A DNA stretch of 64,000 nucleotides from Alphaproteobacteria bacterium (lineage in GTDB: Bacteria > Pseudomonadota > Alphaproteobacteria > GCA-2731375): positions 4,960,001-5,024,000 of the forward strand of contig CBDDPY010000002.1 in NCBI GenBank assembly GCA_965232515.1, given 5' to 3'. The notes below the pieces were generated by a model. The model had not been told where the DNA came from and ran no database searches. It saw only the letters and a program-made list of their open reading frames with translations. Positions 27,662-37,550 of the stretch are shown piece by piece. Each line of letters begins with the position of its first letter. The first letter of the stretch is position 1. Made by a program: the position numbers and the translations under genes.

Positions 27662-28457
27662 GCTGGTGCTTGGTCATGCCCTTCATCACGGTGCCCATCA
27701 TGCGCACCCGGGCGCCGCGCGGCAATGGCGCCAGCGAGCCCTCGAGGAATTTCGCCAGCCAGCCGGGCCGCACGGTGGTCTTGCGGCCGAGCGCATCCAG
27801 CGTCGCCTGCGCCACCGCGTCGGGCTTCTGCGCCATGCCCATCTGCATGTCGGCGCGCGCCGCGAAGCCGCTGTCGATCGGGCCCGGCGCCGAGGCCACC
27901 ACATCGACGCCGCGCGGCGCCAGCTCCAGCCGCAGCGCTTCGGCCAGCGTCTGCACATAGGCCTTGGTCGCGGCGTAGTTGGCGGCGTGCGGCACGCCCT
28001 GGAACGCCACCAGCGAACTCATCAGCACCAGGCCGCCGCGGCCCTGCCCGGCGAAGCGGCGGCCGAAAGCATGGCTCAGCGCCAGCACCGCCCGGCAATT
28101 GACGTCGATCATCTCCAGCTCCGGTTCGAGCGGCGCGTCGATCAACGGCCCCGACGTGCCAAAACCGGCGCAAGCCGCCAGCAGGCCGACATCCAGTTCG
28201 GCCGCCGCCGCGATGATCCGCTCAACCTCGTGCGCCCGGCTCAAATCGGCAGCGACGACCCGGGTTTCGACGCCGTCGTCGGTGGCGATCCGCGCCGCGA
28301 TCTCGTCCAGCAACGCCCGCCGGCGCGCCACCAGCATCACGTTCAGCCCGGCCCGGCCCAGGCAATGCGCCATCTCCCGGCCGATGCCGTCCGACGCGCC
28401 GGTGACCACCGCCCAGGGGCCGTATTTCGCCCGCCAGCGGTCGCGCGCCGCGCTCAT
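27642..28457 (-). CDS. Short-chain dehydrogenase/reductase
   Basis: True start MSAARDRW at 28457; VTGASDGIG, YAATK. Confidence 0.88.
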   Translation of the reverse strand: MSAARDRWRAKYGPWAVVTGASDGIGREMAHCLGRAGLNVMLVARRRALLDEIAARIATDDGVETRVVAADLSRAHEVERIIAAAAELDVGLLAACAGFGTSGPLIDAPLEPELEMIDVNCRAVLALSHAFGRRFAGQGRGGLVLMSSLVAFQGVPHAANYAATKAYVQTLAEALRLELAPRGVDVVASAPGPIDSGFAARADMQMGMAQKPDAVAQATLDALGRKTTVRPGWLAKFLEGSLAPLPRGARVRMMGTVMKGMTKHQHGAAEA

Positions 28458-28903
28458 TTCGCCACCTCGACGTCGAGCTTCAGCGCCGCGCCCTCGGCGA
28501 GCGCCACCGCGGCTTCCTCGAAGGTCGGCGCGCGCAGGGTCGGGCGGACATTGTTCGACACGCCCCAGGCCTCCTTCGGAATGCCGAGGAAATTGGTGTC
28601 CGTTTGCCGGTTGCCGTTCAGGTCGTGCGACACGGCGACGGCGTATTGTCCCGGCGCCAGTCCCTCGAAGCGGCACTCGGCGCCGCCGTCGCGGACGTCC
28701 AGCCACTGCTGCGTGGCGGCGGACGGATCCATCGGAAAGCCGTCGGCGCCGGCATAAAGCGCGCAGCCGATCTCGCCGGCCGTACCGTCGGCGCCGCTGA
28801 CGACGACGGTGATCTCGCCCGCCGCCGCCGGCGCGGTGGCGAGTGACAGAGCGGTAAGCGTGGTCGCGAACGCGATTCTCCGGGACAGGCCTGACAGACG
28901 CAT
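28454..28903 (-). CDS. DUF2141 family secreted protein
   Basis: Signal peptide; GQYAVAVSHDLNGN..DTNFLGIPKEAWGVSNN..PTFEEA. Confidence 0.85.
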   Translation of the reverse strand: MRLSGLSRRIAFATTLTALSLATAPAAAGEITVVVSGADGTAGEIGCALYAGADGFPMDPSAATQQWLDVRDGGAECRFEGLAPGQYAVAVSHDLNGNRQTDTNFLGIPKEAWGVSNNVRPTLRAPTFEEAAVALAEGAALKLDVEVAK

Positions 28904-28917
28904 GGACAACCTCCCTT

Positions 28918-28966
28918 GTTGACAGTGTCAACTTAGAAGGTGGGATGCTTGGTAGACGATGTCAAC
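28918..28966. promoter_or_regulatory. Paired TetR operator-like palindromes
   Basis: Perfect GTTGACAGTGTCAAC (28918-28932) and degenerate GTAGACGATGTCAAC (28952-28966) upstream of the DUF2141-SDR-tetR operon. Confidence 0.65.
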
Positions 28967-29864
28967 CTTTCGAACGGCCGATACCGATGACGATCGCCGC
29001 GACCACCAGGGCGCAGCCGGCGGCCTGTGACAACGACACCGGCTCGTGCAGGATCAGGGCCGCCAGCAGCAGGGTCGAGACCGGCAGCACGGCGGTGAAC
29101 AGCGAGGCTTCGCCGGGCGTGGTGCGCCCCGCGCCCTCGTACCAGAGAAAGAAGCCGATCACCGTCGGCACCAGCGCGTAGTAGACGACGCCGATGACGG
29201 CGGCGCGCGTCGCCTCGTCGGCGAGGCCCAGGCCGACCTCGACGCCTGCCGGCCCGACCGCCAGACAGAAACCGAACAGGCTCATCAGCGCCGACAACGG
29301 CAGCGCCGGCACCGGCGTCGACAGCTTCCGGTTCAACAGCAGGAACACGGCCTCGCAGGCGATCGCCGCCAGCACGATGCCGATGCCGATGGCGTCGTCG
29401 AGCGTCGGCGGCGCCAGTCGGCCGGATTCGACCTTCAGCGTCACCAGCAGCACGCCGAGGCCGGCGACGGCCAGCGCGCCGAGAAAGCGCGGGCGCGGCC
29501 GCTCGCCGAAGGCCAGGATAGCCAGCAGCCCCATAATCACGGGCAGGGTGCCGACCACGACGCCCGCGTTCGCGGCCGAGGTGAACCTGAGCGTCAGGAT
29601 CAGCAGCACCGTATAGGCGACGCTGCCGGCCGCCGCCTGGATCACCAGCAGGCCCCAGTCGCGCCGGCCAAGGCGCGGGATCGACTGGCGCGAGCGCCAC
29701 AGCAGCAGCACGAAGATCGGGCTGGCGATTGCCAGCCGCAGCGCCGCCGCCGTGAACGCCGGCAGGCTGTCGCCGATGATCTTGCTGACCACGACCGTGC
29801 TGCCGACCCCGATCATCGAGACCGTCAGGCATGCGTAGCCCACAAGTTTACGCTTGTCCGCCAT
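28962..29864 (-). CDS. DMT/EamA family transporter
   Basis: 10 hydrophobic segments in two EamA repeats (FGERP..; LHEPVS); start MADKRK. Confidence 0.85.
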   Translation of the reverse strand: MADKRKLVGYACLTVSMIGVGSTVVVSKIIGDSLPAFTAAALRLAIASPIFVLLLWRSRQSIPRLGRRDWGLLVIQAAAGSVAYTVLLILTLRFTSAANAGVVVGTLPVIMGLLAILAFGERPRPRFLGALAVAGLGVLLVTLKVESGRLAPPTLDDAIGIGIVLAAIACEAVFLLLNRKLSTPVPALPLSALMSLFGFCLAVGPAGVEVGLGLADEATRAAVIGVVYYALVPTVIGFFLWYEGAGRTTPGEASLFTAVLPVSTLLLAALILHEPVSLSQAAGCALVVAAIVIGIGRSKG

Positions 29865-30036
29865 CGAGCCCGCCTCCGCGCCGGCGAAGTATGGCATTTG
29901 CGCGGGCCGCGCACGCGAATGAAATCCCGCCCGCCGCCCATGCCACGGACTCCCGTGCTTGCCGTCATATGCGTCCGAGATCAGGCGACCGCGGTCGGCG
30001 CCGACAGCGCGGGTCAACCCGTCGGCGTCGCGCCGT

Positions 30037-30972
30037 CTATGGCGCCCTCCGGCGCTGTTGCGGGATGTCGGCGAGATCGAACGCGGTCGACTGGTAGAGG
30101 TCGTTGATCCAGTTGCCGATCAGCAGGCTGCCGTGCGCCCGCCATCGGTTGACCGGCGTTCGCGCCGGGTCGTCGTCGGGAAAATAGTCGGCCGGCAGGT
30201 CGATCGGCGCGCCGGCGGCGACGTCGCGGTGGTACTCGTCCGCCAGTGTGTTCGTGTCGTATTCCAGGTGATTGAACATGTAGGTCTGCCGTCGCGCCTC
30301 GTCGCGCAGCAGGCACAGACCCGCGTCGTCGGAGTCCAGCAGCACGGTCAGGCCCGCGTCCTCCGGCAGGTCCGCGCACCGCACCTCGGTGTGGCGGCTG
30401 ACCGGCACCGGGATTTCGTCGTCGAAGCCGCGCAGCAGGCCGTCGCGCCCGCCCCGCACGCGATGGGCAAAGACGCCGAACATCTTGCGCGGCAGTTCGT
30501 GCTTCGGCACGCCGTGGAAATGCCGCAACGCCGCCTGTCCCGCCCAGCAGATGTTGTAGGTCTCTTGAACGTGGCTCTGCGACCAGTCGAAGATTTGGGT
30601 CAGTTCGCGCCAATAGACGACGTCCTCGAACGGCAATGTCTCGACCGGCGCCCCGGTGATGACAAGACCGTCGAACTTGCGATCGCGCACCTCGTCCCAG
30701 GGTTTGTAAAACGCCAGCATGTGTTCGGCGGACGTCGTCTTCGGCGCGTAGCTCGACGTGGTCACCAGGGTCAGTTCGATCTGCAGCGGCGTACCGCCCA
30801 GCAGGCGGGAAATCTGCGTCTCCGTCTTGATCTTTTCCGGCATCAGGTTCAGCAGCGCGATCTCCAGCGGCCGCACGTCCTGGTGCAGCGCCGCCCTTTC
30901 GGTGATCAGCAGCACCCCTTCGTTTTCCAGCGCCGTCATCGCTGGCAGATTGTCCGGAACCTTGATCGGCAC
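30037..30972 (-). CDS. metA: Homoserine O-acyltransferase MetA family, probably acetyl-specific
   Basis: PIKVPD, LNLMP.KI.TE, ITGAPVE, ICWAGQA, PVSRHTE, NHLEYD, WRAHG. Confidence 0.93.
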   Translation of the reverse strand: MPIKVPDNLPAMTALENEGVLLITERAALHQDVRPLEIALLNLMPEKIKTETQISRLLGGTPLQIELTLVTTSSYAPKTTSAEHMLAFYKPWDEVRDRKFDGLVITGAPVETLPFEDVVYWRELTQIFDWSQSHVQETYNICWAGQAALRHFHGVPKHELPRKMFGVFAHRVRGGRDGLLRGFDDEIPVPVSRHTEVRCADLPEDAGLTVLLDSDDAGLCLLRDEARRQTYMFNHLEYDTNTLADEYHRDVAAGAPIDLPADYFPDDDPARTPVNRWRAHGSLLIGNWINDLYQSTAFDLADIPQQRRRAP

Positions 30973-31145
30973 GTCTTCCAACCCATTCAGCGCCGCCTCG
31001 CCGGGCGGCTTGTTCGTGGCGTCGACTGCCTACCATAATTCAACGCAACGTTTGCGAAAGCGTTGCCTGACGCCGGCCGGCCTGTTGAGCGGCGCCGTCC
31101 GACTACCTAACATGAGCAGCTTTTCCGAGTGGAGGCGGACGTCCG

Positions 31146-32117
31146 GTGGCGGAACTGACAAGAGACGAGTATCGCGTGCCGAGCGGCATCGACGGCCTGT
31201 CGCTGCTGCTCCGCCGCAAGCGGCCGGCGGGCGCGGCGCCGGCGACGCCGGAAAAGACCGTGCTGTTCTTGCACGGCGCCACCTACGCCTCGACCCTCAC
31301 CTTCGACTATGCCATCGACGGCTTGTCCTGGATGGATCGCCTCGCCATGGCAGGCTTCGACACCTGGTGCCTCGATCTCCTGGGCTACGGCGGCTCCGAC
31401 CGGCCGCCGGCGATGGACGAGCCGCCGGACAACCATCCGCCGCTGGTGGATACCGCCCAGGCGGTCGACGATCTCGGCCGCGCGGTCGATTTCATCTGCG
31501 CCGAACGCGGCATCGATCGGCTCTGCCTGATCGGCTATTCCTGGGGCAGCGCGATCTGCGGCGGCTTCGCCGGCCGACAGCCGGACAAAGTGGCGCGCCT
31601 CGTCCTCTATGGCGCGATCTGGCTCGGCGTCGGCGGCGGCGCCGTCACCGCGGGCGGCCGTCCGGGCGCCTACCGCACCGTCGATGCCGAGGCCGTGATC
31701 GCCCGCTGGCAGTCCGGCCTCGATGCCGATCAGCTCGCGGCGATCGCGCCGTTGGAACGTATCCACGATTGGGCCGAGGCCGCCATCGCCAGCGATCCCA
31801 CCGCGGGCCGGAGCGACCCGCCCCGCCTGCGCGCGCCCGCCGGCGTGGTCAAGGACGTGCTCGACCACTGGCGCCAGGACCAGCCGACCTACGATCCCGC
31901 GAAGATCGAGGCGCCGACGCTCGTCGTCGTCGGCGAATGGGACCGCGAAACCACGCCCGAACAGGGCCGCGGCGTCTTCGACCGCCTAGAAAACGCCGCC
32001 GACCGCCGCTACCTCGTCATCGGCCGCGCCACGCACTCCATGCTGCTCGAAAACCAGCGCCACGCCCTCCACAACGCGGTCGAAGCCTTCCTGAAGGAAG
32101 GCTGGGAGGGCGGCTGA
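31146..32117 (+). CDS. Alpha/beta hydrolase
   Basis: FLHGAT, DLLGYGGS, GYSWG elbow, GEWD, THS. Confidence 0.85.
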   Translation: MAELTRDEYRVPSGIDGLSLLLRRKRPAGAAPATPEKTVLFLHGATYASTLTFDYAIDGLSWMDRLAMAGFDTWCLDLLGYGGSDRPPAMDEPPDNHPPLVDTAQAVDDLGRAVDFICAERGIDRLCLIGYSWGSAICGGFAGRQPDKVARLVLYGAIWLGVGGGAVTAGGRPGAYRTVDAEAVIARWQSGLDADQLAAIAPLERIHDWAEAAIASDPTAGRSDPPRLRAPAGVVKDVLDHWRQDQPTYDPAKIEAPTLVVVGEWDRETTPEQGRGVFDRLENAADRRYLVIGRATHSMLLENQRHALHNAVEAFLKEGWEGG

Positions 32118-32135
32118 GACGCGCTGCCGCCGGGG

Positions 32136-33776
32136 TCAATCGGTCTCGTCCGCCGCGAAGCCGTAATCGCGGCGGGCGCCCTCTGGCGTGATGAGGTTCT
32201 CGGCCAGGTCACGCAACAGATGCTCGCGCCGCCTGTTTCGGGGCGGGCCGAAACCGCCACCGCCGGAGTCTTCGATCATCAGCACGTCGCCCGGCTGCAG
32301 GTCATGACGGCCCTGGGCGTCGACGACCTCGCCGTTCTGGCGATAGACCCGCATGGCGCCGGCGCCACCACCATGCATGCCGAGCGGCGGGAACTGCGTG
32401 CGCGGACCCATGGCGAACATCGTGAACGTGTGGCCGCTGTCGTTCACGAACTCGATGGTCTGGCCCAGGCCGCCGCGGAATTCGCCCGGACCGCCGGAAT
32501 CGGGCCGCAACTCGCGGCGCAGGATCCGCGTGTTGGTTTCCTGCTCCCAAAGCTCGGTCGGCACGACGGTCATGTTCGACGGCGCCGGTGTCGCGTCGGT
32601 GCCGTCGAGGCCGTCAAGCGCGCCGAAACCGCCGGCGGAGAAGAACAGCGTCGTAAACGGCTCGCCGTCGCGGCGTCGGCCCTGCACGTTGACGATGTTC
32701 ATCATGCCGGGATCGCCCTGAACCCGCCCGGGCAGGGCCTCGGCCATGGCGCCGAAGATCAGCGGCGCGATGAAGTGGCCGACCATGAAGCGCGCGCCGG
32801 TCGCCGCCGGCGGCTGACAGTTGAGGATCGAGCCTTCCGGCGCCGACAGCTCGACCGGGTTCACCGAACCCTCGTTGTTCGGCACGTTCGGCAGGATCAG
32901 GCACTTGATCGCGAAACAGGTCATCGCCCGCGTGTAGCAGAGCGGCACGTTGATCGAGACCGGCAGACACGGGCCGGTGCCGTCGAAATCGACATGCAGC
33001 CGGTCGCCGGCGATCTCGACCGCGCAGGCCAGCGTTACCGGCTGGTCGAAAGCCTCGACCTGGATGCGGTTGCGATAGATCCCGTCGGGCACGGCCGCGA
33101 TCTGCCGGCGCATGGCGCGTTCGGACTGGGCGATAATGGCGGCCGACACGTCGCGCAGATCGTCGATATCGTATTCGTCCATGAAGCTGACGAGTTCGCG
33201 GCAGCCGACCTCGACGGCGCTGACATTGGCCATGATGTCGCCCAGCACCTGTTCGGGCACGCGGACGTTCTGCCGGATCAGATCGAGAAGCTCCGCGTTC
33301 GGCTCGCCCTCGCGGACCAGCTTCATGATCGGAATCTGCAGCCCTTCCTCGAAATGGTCGGCGTTCAGCGCCGATATGCCGCGGCCGCCAATGTCCGGCA
33401 GGTGCGAGATGCTCATGGCGAAGCCGACCAGCCGGCCGTTCTTGAAGGCCGGCCGCATGATGCAGATGTCCCAAAGATGGCCGGTGCCCATGTAGATGCT
33501 GTTGGTGACGACGACGTCGCCGGGGCGCAGAGTCTCGGCCGGGAACGCGGCCAACATGTGACGCATGGTCTGCGGCGCCGTGCCGATAAAGACCGGCACA
33601 CTGTAGGTGGCCTGGGCCAGCGACCGCCCGTCGCCGTCGAACAGAACGCAGGCGAGGTCGTAAGCGCGTACGATGGACGAGAACGAGGTGCGCACCAGCG
33701 TCAGCGCGATCTCGTTGGTGATCGAAATCAGCCGGTCCCAGAGAATGCCCAGGCCGACGGCGTCGAAATCGCTCAT
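32136..33776 (-). CDS. Hydantoinase B / oxoprolinase family subunit
   Basis: LVRTSFS, GTGHLWD, HLPDIGG, EEGLQIP, DSGGPGEFRGGLG, GGGGFG. Confidence 0.9.
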   Translation of the reverse strand: MSDFDAVGLGILWDRLISITNEIALTLVRTSFSSIVRAYDLACVLFDGDGRSLAQATYSVPVFIGTAPQTMRHMLAAFPAETLRPGDVVVTNSIYMGTGHLWDICIMRPAFKNGRLVGFAMSISHLPDIGGRGISALNADHFEEGLQIPIMKLVREGEPNAELLDLIRQNVRVPEQVLGDIMANVSAVEVGCRELVSFMDEYDIDDLRDVSAAIIAQSERAMRRQIAAVPDGIYRNRIQVEAFDQPVTLACAVEIAGDRLHVDFDGTGPCLPVSINVPLCYTRAMTCFAIKCLILPNVPNNEGSVNPVELSAPEGSILNCQPPAATGARFMVGHFIAPLIFGAMAEALPGRVQGDPGMMNIVNVQGRRRDGEPFTTLFFSAGGFGALDGLDGTDATPAPSNMTVVPTELWEQETNTRILRRELRPDSGGPGEFRGGLGQTIEFVNDSGHTFTMFAMGPRTQFPPLGMHGGGAGAMRVYRQNGEVVDAQGRHDLQPGDVLMIEDSGGGGFGPPRNRRREHLLRDLAENLITPEGARRDYGFAADETD

Positions 33777-35875
33777 GGCGCATCCCCCTCGATGGCGATT
33801 TCGGCGACCAGATTGCCGCCCTCGTCGACCCGGATGCTGTCGCCGGCGCCGACCAGGCAGGTCGACTCGTTCTCCTCGATCATCGCCGGCCCGGCGACCG
33901 TCATGCCCGGCGTCAGCGCGTAGCGGTCGTAGACGTCGGCGTCGACATAGCCGCCGGCCTCCGGAAAGTAGGCCCGGCGGCTGCCTTTGCGGGCCGGTCC
34001 GGCGCCTTTGCCGGCGACCAGGTGGAACCGCTCGCTCATCCGCGGCAGGGGGCCGTGCGCCTCCACCTTCCAGTTCACCACTTCGATCGCCTCCTCCAGA
34101 TGGCTGAGCGAAAAGATCCGCGCGTAGCGGTCGGCGAACAGCGCGGGCAGGCGCGCGAACAGACTGCCGACGTCGTCGGCGGCCGGCAGATCGACCTCGA
34201 TCTCGTAGCCCTGGCCCTGGTAGCGCATGTCCAGGCGGCGGACGACGCTGACGTCAGGCGGCGCGACGCCGGCGCGGTGCAGGAAGGTCGATGCTTCCGC
34301 CTCGATGGCCTCGAACGACGCCTTGAACTCGGCCGCCGTCAACGCCTCGAGCCGTCGCTGGTTCGAGCGCGCCAGCTCGAACGACAAGGGGCTGACCAGC
34401 ATGCCGAACGCGCTCATCACGCCCGCGCCCGCGGGCAGGATGACGCGCGGGACGCGCAGCTTGCGGGCGATGCGCAGCGCGTGCACCGGCCCCGATCCGC
34501 CGAACGCGACCATGCTGCAGTCGCGATAATCGAAACCGACTTCCGAGGCATGCACGCGGAAGGCGCGGGCGACGTCTTCGTTGATGACCTCGTGGATGCC
34601 CCAGGCGGCGCGCGTCGGATCGACACCCAGCGGCTCGGCGATGTGCCTGGCGACGACGGCCTCGGCGGCGTCCCGGTCGAGCGGCATCCGCCCGCCCAGG
34701 AAGAAGGCCGGGTCGAGGTAGCCCAGCACCAGGTCGGCGTCGGTCAGCGTCGCCGCCGTGCCGCCGCGGCCATAGCAGGCCGGGCCCGGGTCGGCGCCGG
34801 CGCTTTCCGGGCCGACGCGGATGACGCCGCGGTCGTCGACCGCGGCGATGCTGCCGCCGCCGGAACCGATCTCGATCATGTCGATGGCCGGGACCTTGAC
34901 CGGCAGGCCGCTGCCGTCCTTGAACTCGTGCACGCGGGCGACCTCGAGCTCGTAGGTCTTGCGCGGCGTCCCGGCGCGCACGATCGAGCCCTTGGCCGTG
35001 GTGCCGCCCATGTCGTAGGACAGGACGTTCGGCAGACCCAGGTTTCGGCCGTGGTGGGCGCTCATCAGCACGCCGGCGGCCGGTCCGGATTCCAGCATCC
35101 GCACGGGATAGCGCCGGGCCGTCTCCGTGGTCAGCGTGCCGCCGCTGGAGGTGACGACATGCAACGGCCCGCCGATGCCGAGCTCGCCCAGGCCCTGTTC
35201 GAGATTGCCGAGATACCGGTCGGCCATCGGTTGCACGAAGGCGTTGATCGCCGCCGTATTCCAGCGCTCGTACTCCCGCGCGAACGGCAGCACGTCGGCC
35301 GAAGTCGAGACATAGAGCTCAGGGAAGGCGTCCTCGACCACCGCGCGCGCCTGCGCTTCGTGCGCCGGATTGACGAAGGAATGCAGGAAACAGATGGCCA
35401 GCGCGTCGATGCCGTCACCCGCCATCAACGCGCCAACGGCGTCGCGCACCCGGTCGGGGTCGAGGGGCGACAGCGCCTCGCCGTCGAACCGCAAGCGCTC
35501 GTCGATCTCGACCCGCCGGCGGCGCGGAATGATCGGATCGGGAAACCGGATTGTCAGGTCGTAAAGGTCGTAGCGCCGCTCCATGGCGATGTCGAGCACG
35601 TCCTTGAAGCCCCGCGTGACCAGCATCCCGGTCCGTGCGCCCTTGCGCTCGATAACGGCATTGGTCACCAGCGTCGAGCCGTGAATGACAGCGGTCACGT
35701 CGGCCGGCGTTACGGCGCAACGACGCAACAGCGCGTCCGTCCCCTGCAGAACGGCCCGGGCCGGATCGGTCGGCGTCGTGAGATGTTTGTCGATCGCGAG
35801 CGTGCCGCTCTCATCGTCGATCAGGGCGAAGTCGGTGAACGTGCCGCCGATGTCGATGCCCAGACGATAGGTCAT
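33773..35875 (-). CDS. Hydantoinase A / oxoprolinase family ATP-binding subunit
   Basis: GIDIGGTFTD, HGSTLVTNA, ESGPAAG, DMGGTT, GSGGGSIA, SAGADPGPACYGRGG. Confidence 0.92.
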   Translation of the reverse strand: MTYRLGIDIGGTFTDFALIDDESGTLAIDKHLTTPTDPARAVLQGTDALLRRCAVTPADVTAVIHGSTLVTNAVIERKGARTGMLVTRGFKDVLDIAMERRYDLYDLTIRFPDPIIPRRRRVEIDERLRFDGEALSPLDPDRVRDAVGALMAGDGIDALAICFLHSFVNPAHEAQARAVVEDAFPELYVSTSADVLPFAREYERWNTAAINAFVQPMADRYLGNLEQGLGELGIGGPLHVVTSSGGTLTTETARRYPVRMLESGPAAGVLMSAHHGRNLGLPNVLSYDMGGTTAKGSIVRAGTPRKTYELEVARVHEFKDGSGLPVKVPAIDMIEIGSGGGSIAAVDDRGVIRVGPESAGADPGPACYGRGGTAATLTDADLVLGYLDPAFFLGGRMPLDRDAAEAVVARHIAEPLGVDPTRAAWGIHEVINEDVARAFRVHASEVGFDYRDCSMVAFGGSGPVHALRIARKLRVPRVILPAGAGVMSAFGMLVSPLSFELARSNQRRLEALTAAEFKASFEAIEAEASTFLHRAGVAPPDVSVVRRLDMRYQGQGYEIEVDLPAADDVGSLFARLPALFADRYARIFSLSHLEEAIEVVNWKVEAHGPLPRMSERFHLVAGKGAGPARKGSRRAYFPEAGGYVDADVYDRYALTPGMTVAGPAMIEENESTCLVGAGDSIRVDEGGNLVAEIAIEGDAP

Positions 35876-35911
35876 GCGGGACAACTTATCGCGCTGTCGC
35901 CGCGCGGCCGT

Positions 35912-36601
35912 TTAGTCGACATATTCGACGCTGTCGGAAGCGAGATAGTCCGCCACCCAGCCGGGCTGTTTCAGGCCGTCGCGGATTTTCGCCTGCATCT
36001 CGCCTTCTTGCGCCCGCACCGTGTCCATGGCGGCCATCACGTCGGCCAGGCCCGCGCGCGGCACGTGCACGATGCCGGTGCTGTCGCCGACCAGCAGATC
36101 GCCGGCATCCACCGTCCGGCCGCCGATCGTCACCGGCAGGCCGACCGCGCCGGGTCCGGTGCGGTAGGGTGAATTGGGCGAGGCGCCCTGACAGAAAACC
36201 GGAATGCCGGCCGCCAGAATGCCGTCGATGTCGCGCACCAGGCCGTCCGTGACGATGGCCGCGATGCCGTTGTTGGCGGCCAGGCCCGCGGCGTTGTCGC
36301 CAATGCTGGCGGCGCCGTGAAAGGCGTTGGTGGCGACCACCAGCACGTCGCCCGGCCGCGCCAGCGCGATGGCCGGCATCAGCGCCAGGCTGTCGCGGGC
36401 GCCCAGCCGTGCCGTGATCGCCGGCCCGGCGAAGCGCATGGTGTCGCGCAACGGCCTGATGCGGTAGTCGAGCGCGCCGTCGCCGTTCTGGGCGTCGGCG
36501 ACGAAGCTGCTGGGCAAATCGGCGAAGGCGTCGATCTCGGCTTGCGCGGGCCGTTCGAATTGCTTGCGTACCTTCAGCGGCTTGTAGCTGTCGTAGATCA
36601 T
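35912..36601 (-). CDS. RraA family / HMG-CHA aldolase-like protein
   Basis: FAGPAIT, PGDVLVV, IVTDGLVRD, GDLLVGDSTG. Confidence 0.85.
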   Translation of the reverse strand: MIYDSYKPLKVRKQFERPAQAEIDAFADLPSSFVADAQNGDGALDYRIRPLRDTMRFAGPAITARLGARDSLALMPAIALARPGDVLVVATNAFHGAASIGDNAAGLAANNGIAAIVTDGLVRDIDGILAAGIPVFCQGASPNSPYRTGPGAVGLPVTIGGRTVDAGDLLVGDSTGIVHVPRAGLADVMAAMDTVRAQEGEMQAKIRDGLKQPGWVADYLASDSVEYVD

Positions 36602-36652
36602 GCCGGTCGGTCCGTCGTGGTTGTTGGCGCTGACATCGCTATCGCCAGCCGG

Positions 36653-37405
36653 TCACAGCACCCGCTCGACGGCGACGCCGCGGACATCCGTTTCGTAGTC
36701 CAGGTTTTCGATTGGCGGGCGGGCATAGTGCCAGGTCAGGCCGGCCGGCGCCGCGCCGCGGGCGACGATCTCGTCGGCCAGGAACGTGTGCAGGTCGTAG
36801 ACGGTGTAGACCTGCGTGGCGCTGGCCTGGGCCCAGTTCAGGTTCAGCGCGCCCAGGCGCGTCTCCATCGCGGCGTGCACGTGGCGGGCCTTCTCCAACA
36901 TGGCCTCGGGCGAGCGGTCGAGGTGGCGGACGATGCGCGTCTCGGGGCCGCCGTCGCCCGGTTTCGACTCGCCGGCGCCGGCGATGACGAAGCTCGGCCG
37001 CGCGTCGGCCGGCGCCGGCACGGTATAGCTGAAGGCGTAGAAGCTGGGTTCCGACGGCGGTGCGATCTCGGGGCAGACGTTCGATCGGGCGACCGGGTTC
37101 TCCTCGTCCTTGAAGATGCCCCAGCGTTCCAGCGTGCCGACATAAATCCGGTTGAAGTCGACGAAGCCCTGCTCGGTGAACGGCGCCGGCGAGCGCAGTT
37201 CGCAGGCGCAGAAGGCGGTGAACGGCCGGCCGATCGCCGTCAGATGCGCTTCGATGGCGGCGAAGCCCGCCACCATGGGCTGCGGCGTCGCGAACCGCAC
37301 CCGCTCGATGGCAAAGCCCGGCGCGGCCGCGACCCCGCCGGAATACTGAAACGGCCCCCGCACATAGCGATAGCCGCCCGCCTCGAACAAAGCCGTTTCC
37401 GTCAT
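36653..37405 (-). CDS. CnbZ-like protein (2-amino-5-chloromuconate deaminase family)
   Basis: GGYRYV.GPFQYSGGVAA.PGF.IERVRF, FCACELRSPAPF, NPVARSNVCPE, WHYARPP..LDYETD.RGV recalled as CnbZ-family motifs. Confidence 0.7.
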   Translation of the reverse strand: MTETALFEAGGYRYVRGPFQYSGGVAAAPGFAIERVRFATPQPMVAGFAAIEAHLTAIGRPFTAFCACELRSPAPFTEQGFVDFNRIYVGTLERWGIFKDEENPVARSNVCPEIAPPSEPSFYAFSYTVPAPADARPSFVIAGAGESKPGDGGPETRIVRHLDRSPEAMLEKARHVHAAMETRLGALNLNWAQASATQVYTVYDLHTFLADEIVARGAAPAGLTWHYARPPIENLDYETDVRGVAVERVL

Positions 37406-37550
37406 TTCGCCCGCTCCCCTGTTGTTCCGATGCGCCAGCGTAGGGCAGGCGGCCCGCCCGCTCAATCGCCCGGTGTTGTCAGGGATTGGCCGTTCAGCTT
37501 TCCTTCACGCTATGGCGGTTATGCATGCGCCCGACGAAGGGGGACGTGCG

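Noticed and set aside
27642-28931. 429-aa ORF suggesting an SDR fusion
   Set aside because: The upstream part overlaps the DUF2141 gene out of frame; the SDR starts at 28457.
30973-31145. Possible SAM-II riboswitch upstream of metA
   Set aside because: I could not find the conserved GATTT..GCTAAA pseudoknot elements on the minus strand.
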